Position numbers and translations under genes: made by a program. The notes below the pieces were generated by a model. That model was given only the letters and a program-made list of their open reading frames with translations, did not search any database and was not told where the DNA came from. From an uncultured Candidatus Saccharibacteria bacterium (lineage in GTDB: Bacteria > Patescibacteriota > Minisyncoccia > Phycocordibacterales > UBA2100), in NCBI GenBank assembly GCA_964399865.1, contig CAYNRJ010000001.1, positions 546,285 to 610,284 on the forward strand: DNA of 64,000 nt, given 5' to 3'. The number at the start of each line of letters is the position of its first letter. Position 1 is the first letter of the stretch. This document shows positions 62,125 through 64,000 of the stretch, piece by piece.

Positions 62125-62178
62125 CAGACAGTAATGCTGCTTTGCACGCAACCTATGGGGGACTGTATACTCTCCGGA

Positions 62179-62802
62179 ATGAAAGGGGAATTTCTGTCAC
62201 AGTTTCTCGGAAGTGCCCCTCGGGCTCGCCTTATTCGCCTATTCGTTTTCTCTCCTGCAGAAAGCTTTACTTTGTCACAGGTGGCAAAACGCACAGGACT
62301 CTCTGCCGCAATTGCCGAAAGAGGGATCAAGGAGCTCCAGAATATGGGTGCTATACGGGAAGGAAAAATCACTATAAAACTAGCGAACGAGCCAAAGAAA
62401 TCAATCAAAGGAAAACAAAAGATATCCACGTGGTCTCTCGATCAGAAATTCAAGCACGCGAGAGCACTTTCTTCTTTTGTTCATGAAGTATCTCCTGTTC
62501 AGTACAAGAGTATGCTTGAGGCGCTGAGACGCTCTGGCCGTCTTGCGGCCGTTGTTCTCTCGGGGGCTTTCATGGGGGATCCGACTAGGCCAGCAGACCT
62601 CATCATTGTTTCGGACAGTCTGAATGAAAAACGACTGGAGAGCATCATCAGGGGGCTAGAGCCAAAATATGGAAGGGAGATTCGTTACGCTACATTCTCC
62701 GTTCCTGAATTTTCATATCGATTGACGATACAGGACCGTCTCATACGGGAGACCATTGATTACCCTCATTTCGTACTTTTGGACAGAAGGGGGCTATTGT
62801 AG
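62179..62802 (+). CDS. Hypothetical protein with an N-terminal winged-helix-like segment
   Basis: LSQVAKRTGLSAAIAERGIKELQNMGAI resembles an HTH. Start at MKGEF (M16 of the track ORF) preferred; family unknown. Confidence 0.4.
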   Translation: MKGEFLSQFLGSAPRARLIRLFVFSPAESFTLSQVAKRTGLSAAIAERGIKELQNMGAIREGKITIKLANEPKKSIKGKQKISTWSLDQKFKHARALSSFVHEVSPVQYKSMLEALRRSGRLAAVVLSGAFMGDPTRPADLIIVSDSLNEKRLESIIRGLEPKYGREIRYATFSVPEFSYRLTIQDRLIRETIDYPHFVLLDRRGLL

Positions 62803-62970
62803 GTTTTTCTCCTCACTTTTGGGTTTTTGGCCGATTTTTAGCCAATTTTTCCTATCCACACTACACCGTCAATCCGGCCGGAAGCTGAAGGGCGAGTGCT
62901 ATCATTAAGCGATAAAGGGGTCGAAAACCGTTATAAAACCTTACTAATTTAAGTTTTTACCTTCTACATT

Positions 62971-63660
62971 ATGATAGTTTCGCAATCAGCGAACGTGCTC
63001 CAACAGTCATTTGTCGACATGTGGGGTACTGTCGTTGACTATTTGCCTTCGATCGTAGCCGCAGTAGTTATCTTCATAATCGGCTGGATCTTTAGCATTG
63101 TTTTGTACCGCGTCGTAGACCAGGTAGTTAAAATCCTTAGGATCGATGACGCTCTTAAGGCAGCTGGTCTTAATGAAATGGCAAGAGAGGCAGGCTTTAC
63201 CTTGAACATTGGCGCGTTCCTCGGCACCTTGGTGCAGTGGTTCGTCGTTATCGTGTTCCTCGTAGCTGCTCTTGATGTGCTTGGCCTCAGTATGGTCACG
63301 CTATTCTTGCAACAAGTGGTCCTAAGCTACTTGCCTCAGGTGATCATTGCGGTCCTCATCCTCATTCTCGCGGCGATCGTCGCAGAAGCGGTGAAGGGTA
63401 TCGTATCAAGCTCGGCTCGTGCTGCCGGAGCTCACACGGGGAACCTGGCAGGAAATGTTGCAAAGTGGGCGATCTGGGTAGTCGCTATAATGGCGATCCT
63501 CAATCAGCTCGAGGTTGCACCTGAGTTCATGCAGATACTCTTCACGGGTATCGTTGTTGCGATTTCTCTCGCAACAGGTCTTGCCTTCGGTCTTGGGGGC
63601 AAAGAAGCAGCAGCTCGTACGATCGAAAAGATTCGTTCAGACATTGCACACCACCACTAA
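62971..63660 (+). CDS. Polytopic membrane protein with repeated 'conserved TM helix' segments (similar to MscS-associated N-terminal domains)
   Basis: 229 aa; two internal repeats of a Gly/Ala-rich helix pair (TLVQWFVVIVFLVAALDVLG and WAIWVVAIMAILNQLEVAPEF); C-terminal HHH. Confidence 0.5.
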   Translation: MIVSQSANVLQQSFVDMWGTVVDYLPSIVAAVVIFIIGWIFSIVLYRVVDQVVKILRIDDALKAAGLNEMAREAGFTLNIGAFLGTLVQWFVVIVFLVAALDVLGLSMVTLFLQQVVLSYLPQVIIAVLILILAAIVAEAVKGIVSSSARAAGAHTGNLAGNVAKWAIWVVAIMAILNQLEVAPEFMQILFTGIVVAISLATGLAFGLGGKEAAARTIEKIRSDIAHHH

Positions 63661-63741
63661 TTTTAGTGTGGTTGTTTTGTTGCTCGCGCCCGCCATTTTG
63701 GCGGGCGCGTTGTTTTGGTACTTATTTGCTAGAATGCGTCG

Positions 63742-64000
63742 ATGCAAGCAGTAATACTCGCGGCCGGTCGTGGAATACGTATGGGAAAGCTCTCGGAAGC
63801 TACGCCGAAAGCACTTCTTGAAGTTGCAGGTAAAACTCTTCTCGAATACAAACTCGACGCGCTTCCGCCGGAAGTCGACGAGGTCATTATCGTGGTTGGC
63901 TACATGGGAGGAGCGATCCAAAGATATTTAGGCGGTGAGTACAACGGCAAACGAATTCTCTATGTCATACAGGAAAAACAAAATGGCACAGCGGGCGCTC
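63742..64000 (+). CDS. Sugar-phosphate nucleotidyltransferase (GlmU/RmlA-like), N-terminal fragment; continues past the window end
   Basis: MQAVILAAGRGIRMGKLSEATPKALLEVAGKTLLEY is the nucleotidyl transferase signature G(I/L)LAAG.GTR(M/L). Confidence 0.7.
   Translation, partial: MQAVILAAGRGIRMGKLSEATPKALLEVAGKTLLEYKLDALPPEVDEVIIVVGYMGGAIQRYLGGEYNGKRILYVIQEKQNGTAGA

Noticed and set aside
1-64000. Looked for CRISPR arrays, insertion-sequence elements, transposase or integrase genes, rRNA operons and prophage blocks.
   Set aside because: No regularly spaced direct repeats, no DDE or tyrosine-recombinase motifs and no rRNA-like conserved stretches were seen. The only notable nucleotide-level repeats are the tRNA-associated palindromes reported above.

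Overview
This 64-kb window looks like a bacterial chromosome segment of about 50% GC made of tightly packed housekeeping genes. One lower-GC stretch (about 51.2–52.9 kb) stands out against that background.

Gene content suggests, by inference only, a small-genome lineage resembling the candidate phyla radiation (Parcubacteria). The evidence is: ruvA, ruvB and ruvC sit at three separate sites; rplK is not followed by rplA; rpsF-ssb-rpsR is not followed by rplI; a lamin-tail-domain protein is present; riboflavin kinase and FAD synthase are separate genes; and there are several very large secreted repeat proteins.

Recognised coding genes:
- Recombination and repair: ruvC, ruvB, ruvA, ruvX, recA, recO, ssb, polA, ftsK, tatD, a holA-like gene.
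- Aminoacyl-tRNA ligases: argS, ileS, glyQS, metG.
- Ribosomal and translation proteins: S20, L19, L11, L10, L7/L12, S6, S18, SecE, NusG, EF-P.
- Type IV pilus genes at three loci: a PilB-family ATPase, a prepilin, and pilM with pilN-like and pilO-like genes.
- Envelope and membrane: a Mur ligase, a family 4 glycosyltransferase, DedA, a SIMPL-domain protein, an AI-2E transporter, an O-antigen-ligase-like protein with tetratricopeptide repeats.
- Others: a Fic/DOC protein, a PduO-type adenosyltransferase, a GNAT acetyltransferase, YebC.

Seven tRNA genes are present (Lys-UUU, Arg-GCG, Ser-UGA, Arg-UCU, Val-UAC, Leu-GAG, His-GUG). Several sigma70-like promoters and rho-independent terminators are readable directly.

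The most interesting unexplained material:
- A promoter/terminator-bounded 71-aa orphan ORF with a 13-nt perfect Shine-Dalgarno sequence, convergent on the Fic gene.
- A lower-GC locus encoding a winged-helix protein, an approximately 690-nt noncoding leader and a 1,122-aa peptidoglycan-binding repeat surface protein.
- Two paralogous Cys-rich secreted proteins sharing a C-terminal Cys-pair beta domain.
- Perfect palindromes that incorporate tRNA 3' ends.
- A roughly 380-nt ORF-poor stretch and a divergent-promoter region that may encode small RNAs.

No CRISPR array, transposase, integrase or rRNA gene was seen. Non-CDS coordinates may be off by a few nucleotides because I indexed them by hand.
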